Notes under the pieces: model-generated
Database searches by the model: none
The model's input: the letters and a program-made list of their open reading frames with translations, nothing else
What the model was told of the DNA's origin: nothing
Assembly: GCA_046290225.1 (NCBI GenBank)
Contig: JBKAGE010000071.1
Location: 24,327 to 88,326, forward strand
Reading direction: 5' to 3'
Source of the DNA: Bradymonadia bacterium
GTDB taxonomy: Bacteria > Myxococcota_A > Bradymonadia > UBA7976 > UBA1532
DNA: 64,000 bases
Shown: piece after piece, positions 48,808-57,461 of the stretch
Numbering within the stretch: position 1 is the stretch's first letter
Layout of the letters: every line of letters begins with the position of its first letter
Program-made: the position numbers and the translations under genes

Positions 48808-49698
48808 TCAGTGATGATAGAGCTGCTCCAGCTGAGTCAGATGCTCAGAGTCACGTAAAGACTGCAGGCCTTTCTCGTTGACTCGAGCGCGGCCGACGCT
48901 CAGGGACTTCAAGTTCGACAGTGCAGGACAATTCGCCAGTGCAAGGGCGCCGTAGTTGCCGATGCTGTTCTGGCCCATGGTCAGCTTGGTGAGGTTGACC
49001 AGCGTCGTCGTCCTGGCGAAGGCCTCGGCCCCCTGTCGTTTGATCTTGTTGCCAGCCACATTGAGCGTGTGCAGGTTGCCCAGGTGTGGTGAATCGCCGA
49101 TGGCTGCGATGCCATCGTCGCCAATCTCATTGATGCTGATATCGAGTTCGGTCAGTGCCTTCATCTTCGGCGACTCAGCGAGAGCTCGAGCGCCCCTGGC
49201 GCCGATCTCGTTGTGATAGAGCCGCAGATACTCGAGCCCCTCGATGGACTCGGCCTCTGCCAGCGCGGCCATGGCCTCGTCGCCCAGGTGATTGCCGCCG
49301 ACGTCGAGGCGCACCACATTGCCCAAGTGTGGAGATCGCGTCATTTGCACGAACCCCGCGTCGGTGAGTTTGCACTTGTAGCTGATGTCGATGGCCGTTA
49401 GGCAGCTGAGCTGCGGCGTGTGGCACATCGCCTCGTAATCAAAGCGCCGATCTTCGATGGCCAGGGCGATGCGGGTGCCCTCAGGCAACAGTTGAGACAG
49501 CAGGGTGATCTCGTCGAGGGTGTATCCGTGGCACAGGGGCAGCTTCCCAGTCTGGGCCAGGTAGGGGAGCCACACCTCTCGATAGTGCACCTCGTCGAGG
49601 GCATAGGCCGCTTCGAGTACCCTTCGCATGGACCAGTAATCTACAGATACGCGGCTCGCGTCGAAGAGGCCGCGGAGCGCATCAAAGAGATCATTCAC
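48808..49698 (-). CDS. RNI-like leucine-rich-repeat protein (296 aa)
   Basis: 28-29-residue LRRs: LTELDISINEIGDDGIAAIGDSPHLGNLHTLNVAGNKIKRQGAEAFA..., LEYLRLYHNEIGARGARALAESPKMKAL. No signal peptide. Confidence 0.65.
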   Translation of the reverse strand: MNDLFDALRGLFDASRVSVDYWSMRRVLEAAYALDEVHYREVWLPYLAQTGKLPLCHGYTLDEITLLSQLLPEGTRIALAIEDRRFDYEAMCHTPQLSCLTAIDISYKCKLTDAGFVQMTRSPHLGNVVRLDVGGNHLGDEAMAALAEAESIEGLEYLRLYHNEIGARGARALAESPKMKALTELDISINEIGDDGIAAIGDSPHLGNLHTLNVAGNKIKRQGAEAFARTTTLVNLTKLTMGQNSIGNYGALALANCPALSNLKSLSVGRARVNEKGLQSLRDSEHLTQLEQLYHH

Positions 49699-49711
49699 GA
49701 TGGCTTTTCCG

Positions 49712-51268
49712 TCAGTCCAACCATGAGTCGTGGGCGTCGAAGACGAGCTGGTTGCCTACAGCGCGAATGCCCGCTCCAGGAGGATCGTTGACGACGCCGC
49801 GCCCTTGAACGAACAACGCAGAGGACCCACCGCCATCGAGAGACATCGCTTGCACGCTGCCGAGGTCGAGCATGAGATCGGCAAGCTCGGTGCCGGTCAT
49901 GCCCGGGCGGCCGTCGCGGCCGTCGACCACCGCCAGAATCAGATAGTCTTCGTTGATCCCTGCTGCGCTGCGTGGGTTGCGTTGAGTGAAGGTGGGATCA
50001 TTGCTGGCTGTGGTGGTATCGGGCCACCGCCCGCCGTCGATGACCACGGTTTTGCCGCTGACGAGGTGATGGCCGCCGGCGGGCTGAGCGAAGCCGATGG
50101 GGGCATAGCGACCGTAGAGCAGATCACCTGCGGCGCTCTGGCCTACATAACCTTCGCGATGATCGCCCGTGGTGCCTCGGAATACACCATCAGATGCGCT
50201 GAAGCCGGCAAAGTAGTCCGGTAGGTAGCACCCGAACCAGTTGCCGTTGATGGCGACGGTGCCGCCAAAGTGTCCGGGCGTTCTGCCGCGTACGCTCACC
50301 GCGCCGTTGTTGCACCGCCCCTGAGGCTCCGGTGTCGGGACGCGCAGATCACCCCCGCGACCAAAGTCGATGTAGGCCACATAGACATGCCCTCGACGGG
50401 CAAGGACCACACCTGGTGCGATCTGTGTACGGTCGTAGCCTGCAGCGTTCGCGTCGACGAATGTGCAGAACTCCGATGGGCGGTACACGAAACGCAGGGC
50501 GCTCTCCGCCGAGTTCGCGAAGGCCACGACAACGTCGACCCGCGACATTCGACCTGAGCCGAGCTCGTCCAACCAGAAAGCAAGACCCGCCGGCTCAGCG
50601 TCGCGATCGAGGGCGTTCTGGTAGACCCTGCGGATGAAGGCCTCGTCGTCGAGACCATCATAGATCAAGCCGAACTCGACCGAGCCGCCAAAGGCTGCGG
50701 CGATGGCGTCGAGGCTGGTGCCGGTCTGATAGGCGTTGATCCACCCGTTGCCGCCAGCAATGTCGGCCTCACGACCGAAGAATCCTCGATAGAACCGCAA
50801 GATGGTCGTGTGCGCCGGATCGCACGAGGGGCTGACACGTTCGAAGGGCACCGCGGCATCGGGCTCGGGGGGCTGGGCGTCAGGTGGAGGCGGCGCGGCA
50901 TCGGGCGGAGAGGGCTCGGCATCGGGCACAGCGATGTCAGCTGGTCCGGTCGCAGCATCTCGAGCCATGCCCGAGGCGTCATGTGGCAGGTCCGACGCGT
51001 CGTGTACCGACACCATCGCGTCTGTCTCTGTCACTGCCATATCTGGCTCAACACTCGAGGCGTCGAGGCCACGGGCGTCTCGTGACGGGTCTGCGTCGAA
51101 CAGCTCGAAGGCGCTCGATGCGTCTGCTGCATCTGCTGTGACGCCTGCGTCGCTGCCGAAGCTGGCGTCGCGCGAAACGCCGGCCTCAGGTACTTCGGCG
51201 CCAGAATCGTGGGCGACCTCGGCGCAACCAGACGCCAGGATCGCAGTGATGAGCAAGAGTGACTTCAT
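49712..51268 (-). CDS. Lipoprotein with DUF4214-like domain and C-terminal phosphodiester glycosidase (NAGPA-like) domain
   Basis: MKSLLLITAILASGC lipobox. Asp/Ala/Pro-rich linker. FYRGFFGREADIAGGNGWIN...RRVYQNALDRDAEPAGLAFWLDEL (DUF4214 signature). C-terminal ...AMSLDGGGSSALFV (hallmark of the phosphodiester-glycosidase family). Confidence 0.65.
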   Translation of the reverse strand: MKSLLLITAILASGCAEVAHDSGAEVPEAGVSRDASFGSDAGVTADAADASSAFELFDADPSRDARGLDASSVEPDMAVTETDAMVSVHDASDLPHDASGMARDAATGPADIAVPDAEPSPPDAAPPPPDAQPPEPDAAVPFERVSPSCDPAHTTILRFYRGFFGREADIAGGNGWINAYQTGTSLDAIAAAFGGSVEFGLIYDGLDDEAFIRRVYQNALDRDAEPAGLAFWLDELGSGRMSRVDVVVAFANSAESALRFVYRPSEFCTFVDANAAGYDRTQIAPGVVLARRGHVYVAYIDFGRGGDLRVPTPEPQGRCNNGAVSVRGRTPGHFGGTVAINGNWFGCYLPDYFAGFSASDGVFRGTTGDHREGYVGQSAAGDLLYGRYAPIGFAQPAGGHHLVSGKTVVIDGGRWPDTTTASNDPTFTQRNPRSAAGINEDYLILAVVDGRDGRPGMTGTELADLMLDLGSVQAMSLDGGGSSALFVQGRGVVNDPPGAGIRAVGNQLVFDAHDSWLD

Positions 51269-51346
51269 GGGTCAAGGGTAGGGGGGGGACGTACTGGACA
51301 CAATTAGAGGTCCTCACAAAACAGCCCGCACACATCTGTAGAGTGG

Positions 51347-52048
51347 TCAGGTGGTGGCCTCTCGCAGCGGTCTACGGGCGATCTCGGCGGCTTCGTCTTC
51401 TCCTAAGCCAAGATGTCGTAGGACCATGGTGGCCGTGCGCTCCGGGAGATCCTCCACGTCGAGCAGCACTGGGGCTGCGTCTCGCGCAGGCAGCGCCTGA
51501 CCATGGGTCATCTCAGTGGCCACCATCGCGGCGCTCAGGATCGTCCCGCCCACCGAGATGATCGTCATCAGGGGATCGCTCGCTGTGAAGCGACCCGAGG
51601 CGAAGCCCCGCTGCATGTCACCGAGGAAGTGCGCCCCCATGCGTTGCGTGAAGGCCTGGGCAGAGTAGCTGATGTAGAGAAAAAAGCGCCCCCAGATCGG
51701 ATCGCGAGTCACCTGCACGATGGTGTTGCGCACAGCGGTGGAGACGATCTCGGCGGGATCATCGGTGGACCCTGCGGACTGGTTCAACGCGTCTGCGAAG
51801 GCGTTGAACACCTCGTCCACCAGCTGGTCGTAGATGTCGTCTTTCGATTGAAAGTAGTTGTAGAATGAGCCGAAGCCCACATCGGCGGCTTCGGTGATTT
51901 GGTTGATGGCCACGCCCTCTTTGCCTTGGGTGGCCATCAAGGTCATGGCCGCCCTCATCAGGCGCTCGCGGGTCTCCCGCTTTCGCCGCTCACGTCGTGA
52001 CTCTTTGGGGGGCTGATTCTCTGTGCGGGTGACTTTCTTCTCGGCCAT
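51347..52048 (-). CDS. TetR/AcrR family transcriptional regulator
   Basis: RERLMRAAMTLMATQGKEGVAINQITEAADVGFGSFYNYFQSKDDIY = canonical TetR HTH. Start re-assigned to MAEKKVTRTEN. Confidence 0.8.
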   Translation of the reverse strand: MAEKKVTRTENQPPKESRRERRKRETRERLMRAAMTLMATQGKEGVAINQITEAADVGFGSFYNYFQSKDDIYDQLVDEVFNAFADALNQSAGSTDDPAEIVSTAVRNTIVQVTRDPIWGRFFLYISYSAQAFTQRMGAHFLGDMQRGFASGRFTASDPLMTIISVGGTILSAAMVATEMTHGQALPARDAAPVLLDVEDLPERTATMVLRHLGLGEDEAAEIARRPLREATT

Positions 52049-52217
52049 GCGCTCGCGCTCTCGGGGTGACTGTAGTGCTCGAAGTGCCGACCAGAGCAGT
52101 GTCTGCAATATCACCCCGAAGATGACCAAAATACAACCTGTCTCGAGGTGAGTGAGGGCGCTGGCCGCATCTACGTGAGGCCCGTCTCGTGAGCCGCCTC
52201 GAAGGCGTTCGAGTGGC

Positions 52218-53036
52218 TCAGAAAACCTGGTATCCCACGGCCATGCTCAGCACCACGGTGTGGCCATAGGAGCCAAAGATGTCCACCAGGTAATCTTCGG
52301 ATGCCTGTTCGAATGTGTCCCAGGCCTGAGCAGGCCCTGAAGAGAAGTTCCGTTCCACTGTGGCGCTGGAGCTCACAGTGAAGGCACCACCCAGAGCTGC
52401 CCGAAGCCAGAGAGCGTCCCAGGCGGACCACATCCACCCCACTTCTAGATCCACCATGTGAAGCGTGGCGCTGGCCTCGAACCCGCGATCACTGTTCCCG
52501 ATGTTCGGGGTTTCGATCTCCGCTGCTGTCGCCAGCTCCTGTGCGGTGACCGTGCCACCGCTTGACACGCCGACGAAGGCATACCCGGCCTCGAAGTAGA
52601 AGCCCTTGTCCGCCCAGGGCTGCCAGCCCACATGCGTACGGGAGATCAAGCTGTCGGAGATGATGGTCTCGATGAGCAAGGCGGTGGGCTCACCATACCA
52701 GTCGAGGGCCTCGGCGGTGTTGTTGATGAGATCGACGTAGGCCCCGGGCATGTAACCGATCGAGGTGCCGAAGCGGATACGGTTCGGTGTGGTCAATGTC
52801 GCCCGCAAGCCGATTTGGACTGGGACGTCGTTGACCAGCTCTGTCGTGAGGTGCCACGCCCCAAGCTGAGCGTCATCCCCTTGAGACGCCTGCGCTGGAT
52901 CAGTGGCCGAGGCGTCTTCAGAAGAAGGCTCTGCGGTTGCTGTCTCAGTGTCTTGAGGCGTTCCCCAGGCCATCGACACGGTCGACAGAAGACAAGCTCC
53001 AGTCAAAGCAAGCCGGGATACCAGCGCAGTTGTCAT
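52218..53036 (-). CDS. Putative outer-membrane beta-barrel protein
   Basis: Signal peptide MTTALVSRLALTGACLLSTVSMAWG. Alternating amphipathic beta-strand pattern. C-terminal ...AVGYQVF (aromatic terminal residue typical of OMPs). Confidence 0.55.
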   Translation of the reverse strand: MTTALVSRLALTGACLLSTVSMAWGTPQDTETATAEPSSEDASATDPAQASQGDDAQLGAWHLTTELVNDVPVQIGLRATLTTPNRIRFGTSIGYMPGAYVDLINNTAEALDWYGEPTALLIETIISDSLISRTHVGWQPWADKGFYFEAGYAFVGVSSGGTVTAQELATAAEIETPNIGNSDRGFEASATLHMVDLEVGWMWSAWDALWLRAALGGAFTVSSSATVERNFSSGPAQAWDTFEQASEDYLVDIFGSYGHTVVLSMAVGYQVF

Positions 53037-53390
53037 TCCTTCTCCCTCCATCGTTTGAACAGGCCTGACCAAAGGCAAGGGCATGGGGCCCGAGTACGTG
53101 CTGGCGTACATGTCGAGCCGCTCCACGTTGCTCTTGTCGTTCGCTGTGTACGTTGTGGTCAAAATTGATGAAGTTGTCAATTATGGTTTTTTGGGGCGGG
53201 GTCATGAGGGAGGAGCAAGCTGAGAGCAGTCTGCGAAGACGCTGAAGGGCAGAGGTGGGCACTCACGACGTGGTCGCCATGCTCTGGATCATCTTCTGTA
53301 TGGCTTGGGGGTTGGCACGGCTGCGTGTGTATAGAGCAGGGGGAGCGGGCAATCGTGCGAAGGAGCTGGGGCCGATACGGGCTGCGCAGC

Positions 53391-53642
53391 TCAGGCTGGG
53401 GAGGCGCTGTGCTCGGCGAATTCGATGGTGGCGTGGACATCCCCAAAGACGATGCGCGGACACTTGACTGTGGCGGGCGGGCACGACGCTGGCACTCGAA
53501 GAGAGGTGAAGAACCCAGCTCCTGTGAGATCGCGTGAGACGACTTCCGCTTCTTTCAACTGGCCCCGAAGCAGGGCGAGCACAGGGTGCTCGCCTGCGAG
53601 AAGTCGTTCCAGAACAGCGTCCTCAAGCGGGGTCAGTCCCAT
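53391..53642 (-). CDS. Small hypothetical protein (83 aa), translationally coupled to the SMUG1-like gene (TGATG overlap)
   Basis: ATG overlaps the TGA stop of the upstream glycosylase gene. No recognisable motif. Confidence 0.45.
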   Translation of the reverse strand: MGLTPLEDAVLERLLAGEHPVLALLRGQLKEAEVVSRDLTGAGFFTSLRVPASCPPATVKCPRIVFGDVHATIEFAEHSASPA

Positions 53643-54349
53643 CAGAGGATCTCGGCCTCAGTGAGCGCCTTCGTCATCAACGGGGCCCACCCCCGGTTCG
53701 CCAGTGGGCTTGCCGGGCTGGGGTGAGGGACCGAGCTGATCTGCACGTCGAGGTCACCCACCACGGCCTTGGCCTTCTTCTCGGCGTATTTGCCCACGCC
53801 AATCACGTGCTTGGGCTGGAAGTACTCCACAGTGCGCCGCAGTGCCTTGTCGCAGGCGGCATCCATGGGCTCTCGCTCGGACTTGGGCAGCTTGTCGGGG
53901 GTGCGGTTGCGGCCTGACTCTTCCATGAAGACCAGTGGGCTGTAGTTGGCGATGAAGAACCGCTCGAAGAACTTCTCCGGGGTGCCGTAGGTGTCTTTGC
54001 ACCAACCCCACAGGCGCCGCCCGCTCACCTCGCTACGGCTGCACTCGAAGCCCAGCACCGGGCGCTTCGGGTGCTCGACGGCGGGTTTGCCGATCTCCGC
54101 CTCGATGCCCAGCCAGTTGCGCACGTGATCGATCTCACCGAAGGGCACTCCCACCTGGGCCATACCGTAAGGCCCGGGGTTCATACCGATGAGCAAAATC
54201 TCACGTGGGCCTTTGCCGTACTTCTCGCAGTACGCGTCCCACGCTTTTCGCGCGTAGAGTAGTGGGTTGTACACGTGAGTGACCGGTGTCCCGAAGGTCA
54301 GCGGGGCCAACTCGGTGATGAGATCGTTGGTGATGCGGTTGAGGCTCAT
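53642..54349 (-). CDS. SMUG1-family single-strand-selective uracil-DNA glycosylase
   Basis: LIGMNPGPYGMAQVGVPFGEI matches the SMUG1 signature (GMNPGPFGMAQTGVPFG). C-terminal HPSPASP resembles the SMUG HPSPxNP motif. Start re-assigned to MSLNRITNDLITELAPLTFG. The upstream part of the track ORF is an extension. Confidence 0.8.
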   Translation of the reverse strand: MSLNRITNDLITELAPLTFGTPVTHVYNPLLYARKAWDAYCEKYGKGPREILLIGMNPGPYGMAQVGVPFGEIDHVRNWLGIEAEIGKPAVEHPKRPVLGFECSRSEVSGRRLWGWCKDTYGTPEKFFERFFIANYSPLVFMEESGRNRTPDKLPKSEREPMDAACDKALRRTVEYFQPKHVIGVGKYAEKKAKAVVGDLDVQISSVPHPSPASPLANRGWAPLMTKALTEAEIL

Positions 54350-54512
54350 GGGGCGACCCTCGATTGGGGTCGTCTGATGAACTCTATGCTGTCGGTCGTC
54401 ATCCCTACTTCCGAGCCCCAATGAACAGCTTGTGGTCGCAGGCTTCCATCTGTTCGAGCCACCGACGGCCAGGTGAGCGCCGATTGCCAGCGAGGCGTAC
54501 CAAGGGCCGTTT

Positions 54513-54962
54513 TCACAATTTACTCCGTCCCTCGTAGAGGGTCTCAAGCTCCCCAGAGCTGGTTTGACGCTGCAACCGGACTGCCTTGCATAGAACCCAA
54601 CCTTCGGTCCCCACAGATGACTGAACCTCGAACGCCCATGCACCAGCCGCCTGGAGGCATTCGGGCAACTGATTAACTGAGTCGAATTTGAGCGGCCATA
54701 GGTAGTTTTGAGTACTGTGAAACTGGCTTCGCCTTTGGTCCACGAAGTAGTCGAGCTCCACACGTTCGATATCGAATAGCACCGTGGTGGGGCCCCCGTT
54801 TACAAGTTCATAAGCGAGAACTTCCTCAAATGTGACAACCGTTCGGGGGACCGGAACGCCACGCCCACCACTGACCACAAGCTCGATCACGCTCTTTCCG
54901 TTGAAGTCTGCTGAGACACTCATGAGGTATCCGTCGCCGACGTAGGTGCTGAAGCTCCGCAC
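54513..54962 (-). CDS. ORFan (149 aa) inside a low-GC (~55%) insert between the SMUG1 gene and a remnant copy of its 5' end
   Basis: Only sizeable ORF in the low-GC segment about 54400-55020. No motif recognised. Confidence 0.4.
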   Translation of the reverse strand: MRSFSTYVGDGYLMSVSADFNGKSVIELVVSGGRGVPVPRTVVTFEEVLAYELVNGGPTTVLFDIERVELDYFVDQRRSQFHSTQNYLWPLKFDSVNQLPECLQAAGAWAFEVQSSVGTEGWVLCKAVRLQRQTSSGELETLYEGRSKL

Positions 54963-55036
54963 TCCTGGTTTACCTTCCGCTACTGGGGCTGGCTGGGCTT
55001 GTTGCGATGTGTCAGACCACAGATGGGAGTGGGATG

Positions 55037-55130
55037 GTGAGTGACCAGTGTCCCGAAGGTCAGCGGGGCCAGCTCGGCGATGAGCTCGTTGGTGATCTGC
55101 GCCAAGGCGGACACGTCTGGCTCACTCATG
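55037..55130 (-). pseudogene. Diverged remnant of a SMUG1-like gene 5' end (start codon + ~30 codons)
   Basis: Reverse strand encodes MSEPDVSALAQITNELIAELAPLTFGTLVTH versus intact MSLNRITNDLITELAPLTFGTPVTH. About 75 nt align at ~85% identity with 54268-54349. No continuation of the reading frame into a glycosylase body. Confidence 0.6.
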
Positions 55131-55469
55131 GTGCCAGATACCGTGGTCGACCCCACCCTGGATGTAGATGGCGAAGGTGCCTTGCCCAGGAAGCAACATA
55201 GGCGGAACTGCGATCTCGGCGCCCGCTGCCTGGGCGGCTTCAACGGCTGCAGCGACGTCTTCCACCAGAAAGTACGGCCGGACGATGGGGGCTTCGGTCT
55301 CCCTCATCGGAGCGCGGATGCCGAGTTTCGCACCGTCTGGGAGCGTCGCCGTTCGAGCATTGCCCAGAGCTGGGACTGGCGCGCTGAAGGTCACTCCATA
55401 TGTCTTCGCGTATGTCGCGCAGACGGCTTCGACCTCGGGCGTGACGATCTCCAGATATCCGATCTGCAT
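55122..55469 (-). CDS. VOC-family (glyoxalase/bleomycin-resistance-like) protein
   Basis: MQIGYLEIVTPEVEAVCATYAKTYGVTF... beta-alpha-beta-beta-beta module and ...GTFAIYIQGGVDHGIWH are typical of small VOC proteins. Start re-assigned to MQIGY. Confidence 0.55.
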   Translation of the reverse strand: MQIGYLEIVTPEVEAVCATYAKTYGVTFSAPVPALGNARTATLPDGAKLGIRAPMRETEAPIVRPYFLVEDVAAAVEAAQAAGAEIAVPPMLLPGQGTFAIYIQGGVDHGIWHHE

Positions 55470-55641
55470 TGCGCTCCTCTTCGACCCTGTCGGCGGTTGG
55501 GGGGTCATTGACCAGTCGACCCTCTGTCCTGGCTGCCTTGTACACGATCACCCAGCAGGCATCGAGTGGGGCCGAATGCGCTGTGGCGTCGCGCGATGTT
55601 TACCGGCACTCTTGCACCCCCGAGTCTGACGTGGAGCGCAC

Positions 55642-56190
55642 ATGAGAATCGTCGGCGGCATCTGGGCCAATCAATACCTGTCTTCTCCCGGGCGTCGGGT
55701 ACGCCCCACTCAAGAGGACGTCCGAGTGGCCTGGATGGAGCACCTCGGCCCGCGCATCGAAGGTGCCCGAGTACTCGATCTTTTCTCGGGCACGGGCGCC
55801 CTGGGCCTCGAAGCGCTCTCTCGGGGCGCTGCTTCGGTGGACTTCGTGGAGTCGGGTCATCAAGCGATGCACTCGCTCAAGGCCAACATCGCCGCCCGTA
55901 AGCTCAAGCCCCTGAAGAAGGGACAGCGCCCCTCTGTGGAGCGCAAATCGATTCGGTTGTTCAAGAAAGACGCGATTCAGTTCGCCGGCAGGCTACGCCC
56001 TGAGTCGTACGACCTGGCCTTTGCCGATCCGCCCTACGATTCGCTGAAGCTCGATCGCATCTTGTCGCTCTGGCACGAGCGCCGGTTCGCCAAGGTGTTC
56101 TGTGTGGAGCATGCGCCGGATCGAGAGGTGCCGTCTGGTGGCCGCACTTGGATCTACGAGCACTCGGGGCTGACGTTCTACGGGATGTAG
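55642..56190 (+). CDS. rsmD: 16S rRNA (guanine966-N2)-methyltransferase RsmD
   Basis: VLDLFSGTGALGLEALSRGA (SAM motif I), DPPY motif (FADPPYDS). Size 182 aa. Confidence 0.85.
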   Translation: MRIVGGIWANQYLSSPGRRVRPTQEDVRVAWMEHLGPRIEGARVLDLFSGTGALGLEALSRGAASVDFVESGHQAMHSLKANIAARKLKPLKKGQRPSVERKSIRLFKKDAIQFAGRLRPESYDLAFADPPYDSLKLDRILSLWHERRFAKVFCVEHAPDREVPSGGRTWIYEHSGLTFYGM

Positions 56191-56320
56191 AGGGTCATGG
56201 AGGTGGAGGGTGGCCAGCTGATTGTGCAATGCCGTTGATTGTTACTGGGGGATGCATGCTCTGTTCGGTGTTTGGTGTTTGAAAGGTGGGTGATGGTTCG
56301 GGGGTCGCTCCGCTGGCAAG

Positions 56321-56618
56321 AGAGTCTTCGGGCACGGGCACGGGCACGGGCACGGGCACGAGTTGATACATACCTGGACCCGTGGCCCTGCATGACTCAG
56401 GGCGAAGGTTGCCATTGAAGCTGAGATGATGTGTTTCTGAACGACCAGAATACTCAGGTATTGGTGTGTATTGAGGGCCAAAGCCTGCACTGAGAAAAAC
56501 GAAGGGCCGAGTAGAGCCTTCGCCATCACACCCACGAGCGGAGTCATACAGGGCCACGGGTCCAGGTATGTATCAACTCGTGCCCGTGCCCGTGCCCGTG
56601 CCCGTGCCCGAAAACTCT
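56321..56618. repeat. Near-perfect ~80-bp inverted repeat (each arm containing a (GCACGG)5 hexanucleotide tandem) flanking a ~140-bp loop, in a convergent intergenic region
   Basis: Arm 1 agagtcttcgggcacgggcacgggcacgggcacgggcacgagttgatacatacctggacccgtggccctgcatgactc. Arm 2 gagtcatacagggccacgggtccaggtatgtatcaactcgtgcccgtgcccgtgcccgtgcccgtgcccgaaaactct. These are reverse complements with 2-3 mismatches. Confidence 0.8.
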
Positions 56619-56640
56619 CTTACCCGCGGAGCGCCCCCGT

Positions 56641-57342
56641 TTACTGCCCTATCTCCGACAGCTCTATGGCATGCAGACGGCCACGAATATCACCATAGTA
56701 GGTCTGCCCCGTAGTGTGCAGATTGAAGTACAGTTCCCCCTGAGCTGCGACATACTTCATACCCGAGATGGTCTTGTGATCGTCGTTGATGCCCTGAATG
56801 ATCGGGCAGCCCGAAAGAAAGCCCTCGAGGCCGCCATGGCTGTGCCCCAGTGAGGCCACGATGTGGGAGAAGTCCGCGGTGAAGTTCAGCTCACCGTCGG
56901 CGAAGGCCTCGGGCAGATCCAAGAATATGCCGAGGTCGAGCATGATGGGCCCGAGCTGATCGGGCTTGCCGCAGTGGATGTGGAACATGTTGATGGTTGA
57001 AGGATCGATGCCCTCAACTGCGATGTCCACCTGGGCGTAGCGCAGATCTTTGGTGAAGCGCACCATGCCATGGCCCTTGGAGGGGCGGTCGACGCGATCC
57101 GTCGACGCCGTAGTGGATTGGAAGGCCTCAGGGGTGCCCGGAGGCGTCTCGCTCTCGTCACCGGGCTCCTGGTGAGGGCTCAAGAAAGCCTCGTAGGCAA
57201 AGCCCACCTCGATGCCCTTCGAGGGGTTGAGGGTCACCGCCGGAAATCCCCCCTGGGCGGTGTCCTGAGCCTGGGAGTCAGAGCAACCAGCGAGGCCGGC
57301 GAGGGCAAGCGTCAACATCAGATTGGAACGACAGAACAACAT
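56641..57342 (-). CDS. CHRD-domain lipoprotein
   Basis: MLTLALAGLAGCS lipobox. ...MFHIHCGKPDQLGPIMLDLG... and ...ELYFNLHTTGQTYYGDIRGRL fit the CHRD signature (hIH.G..G..G.v...L / vNvHT....GeIRGqi). Confidence 0.6.
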   Translation of the reverse strand: MLFCRSNLMLTLALAGLAGCSDSQAQDTAQGGFPAVTLNPSKGIEVGFAYEAFLSPHQEPGDESETPPGTPEAFQSTTASTDRVDRPSKGHGMVRFTKDLRYAQVDIAVEGIDPSTINMFHIHCGKPDQLGPIMLDLGIFLDLPEAFADGELNFTADFSHIVASLGHSHGGLEGFLSGCPIIQGINDDHKTISGMKYVAAQGELYFNLHTTGQTYYGDIRGRLHAIELSEIGQ

Positions 57343-57461
57343 GTAATTTCACCTCCATTGCTGGAGGTAAGGTAGGCAGGCTCCCCATGCGCAACAACGT
57401 CCGGAACCGGCCGAATCGTCCAGATCTGGTCATGCGGTTTCGCTGGCGTTTTGCGCGGCGC

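Noticed and set aside
56178-56698. ORFs translating as ...STRARARARARAR... on both strands
   Set aside because: Produced by the (GCACGG)5/(CGTGCC)5 hexamer tracts of the inverted repeat. Non-coding.
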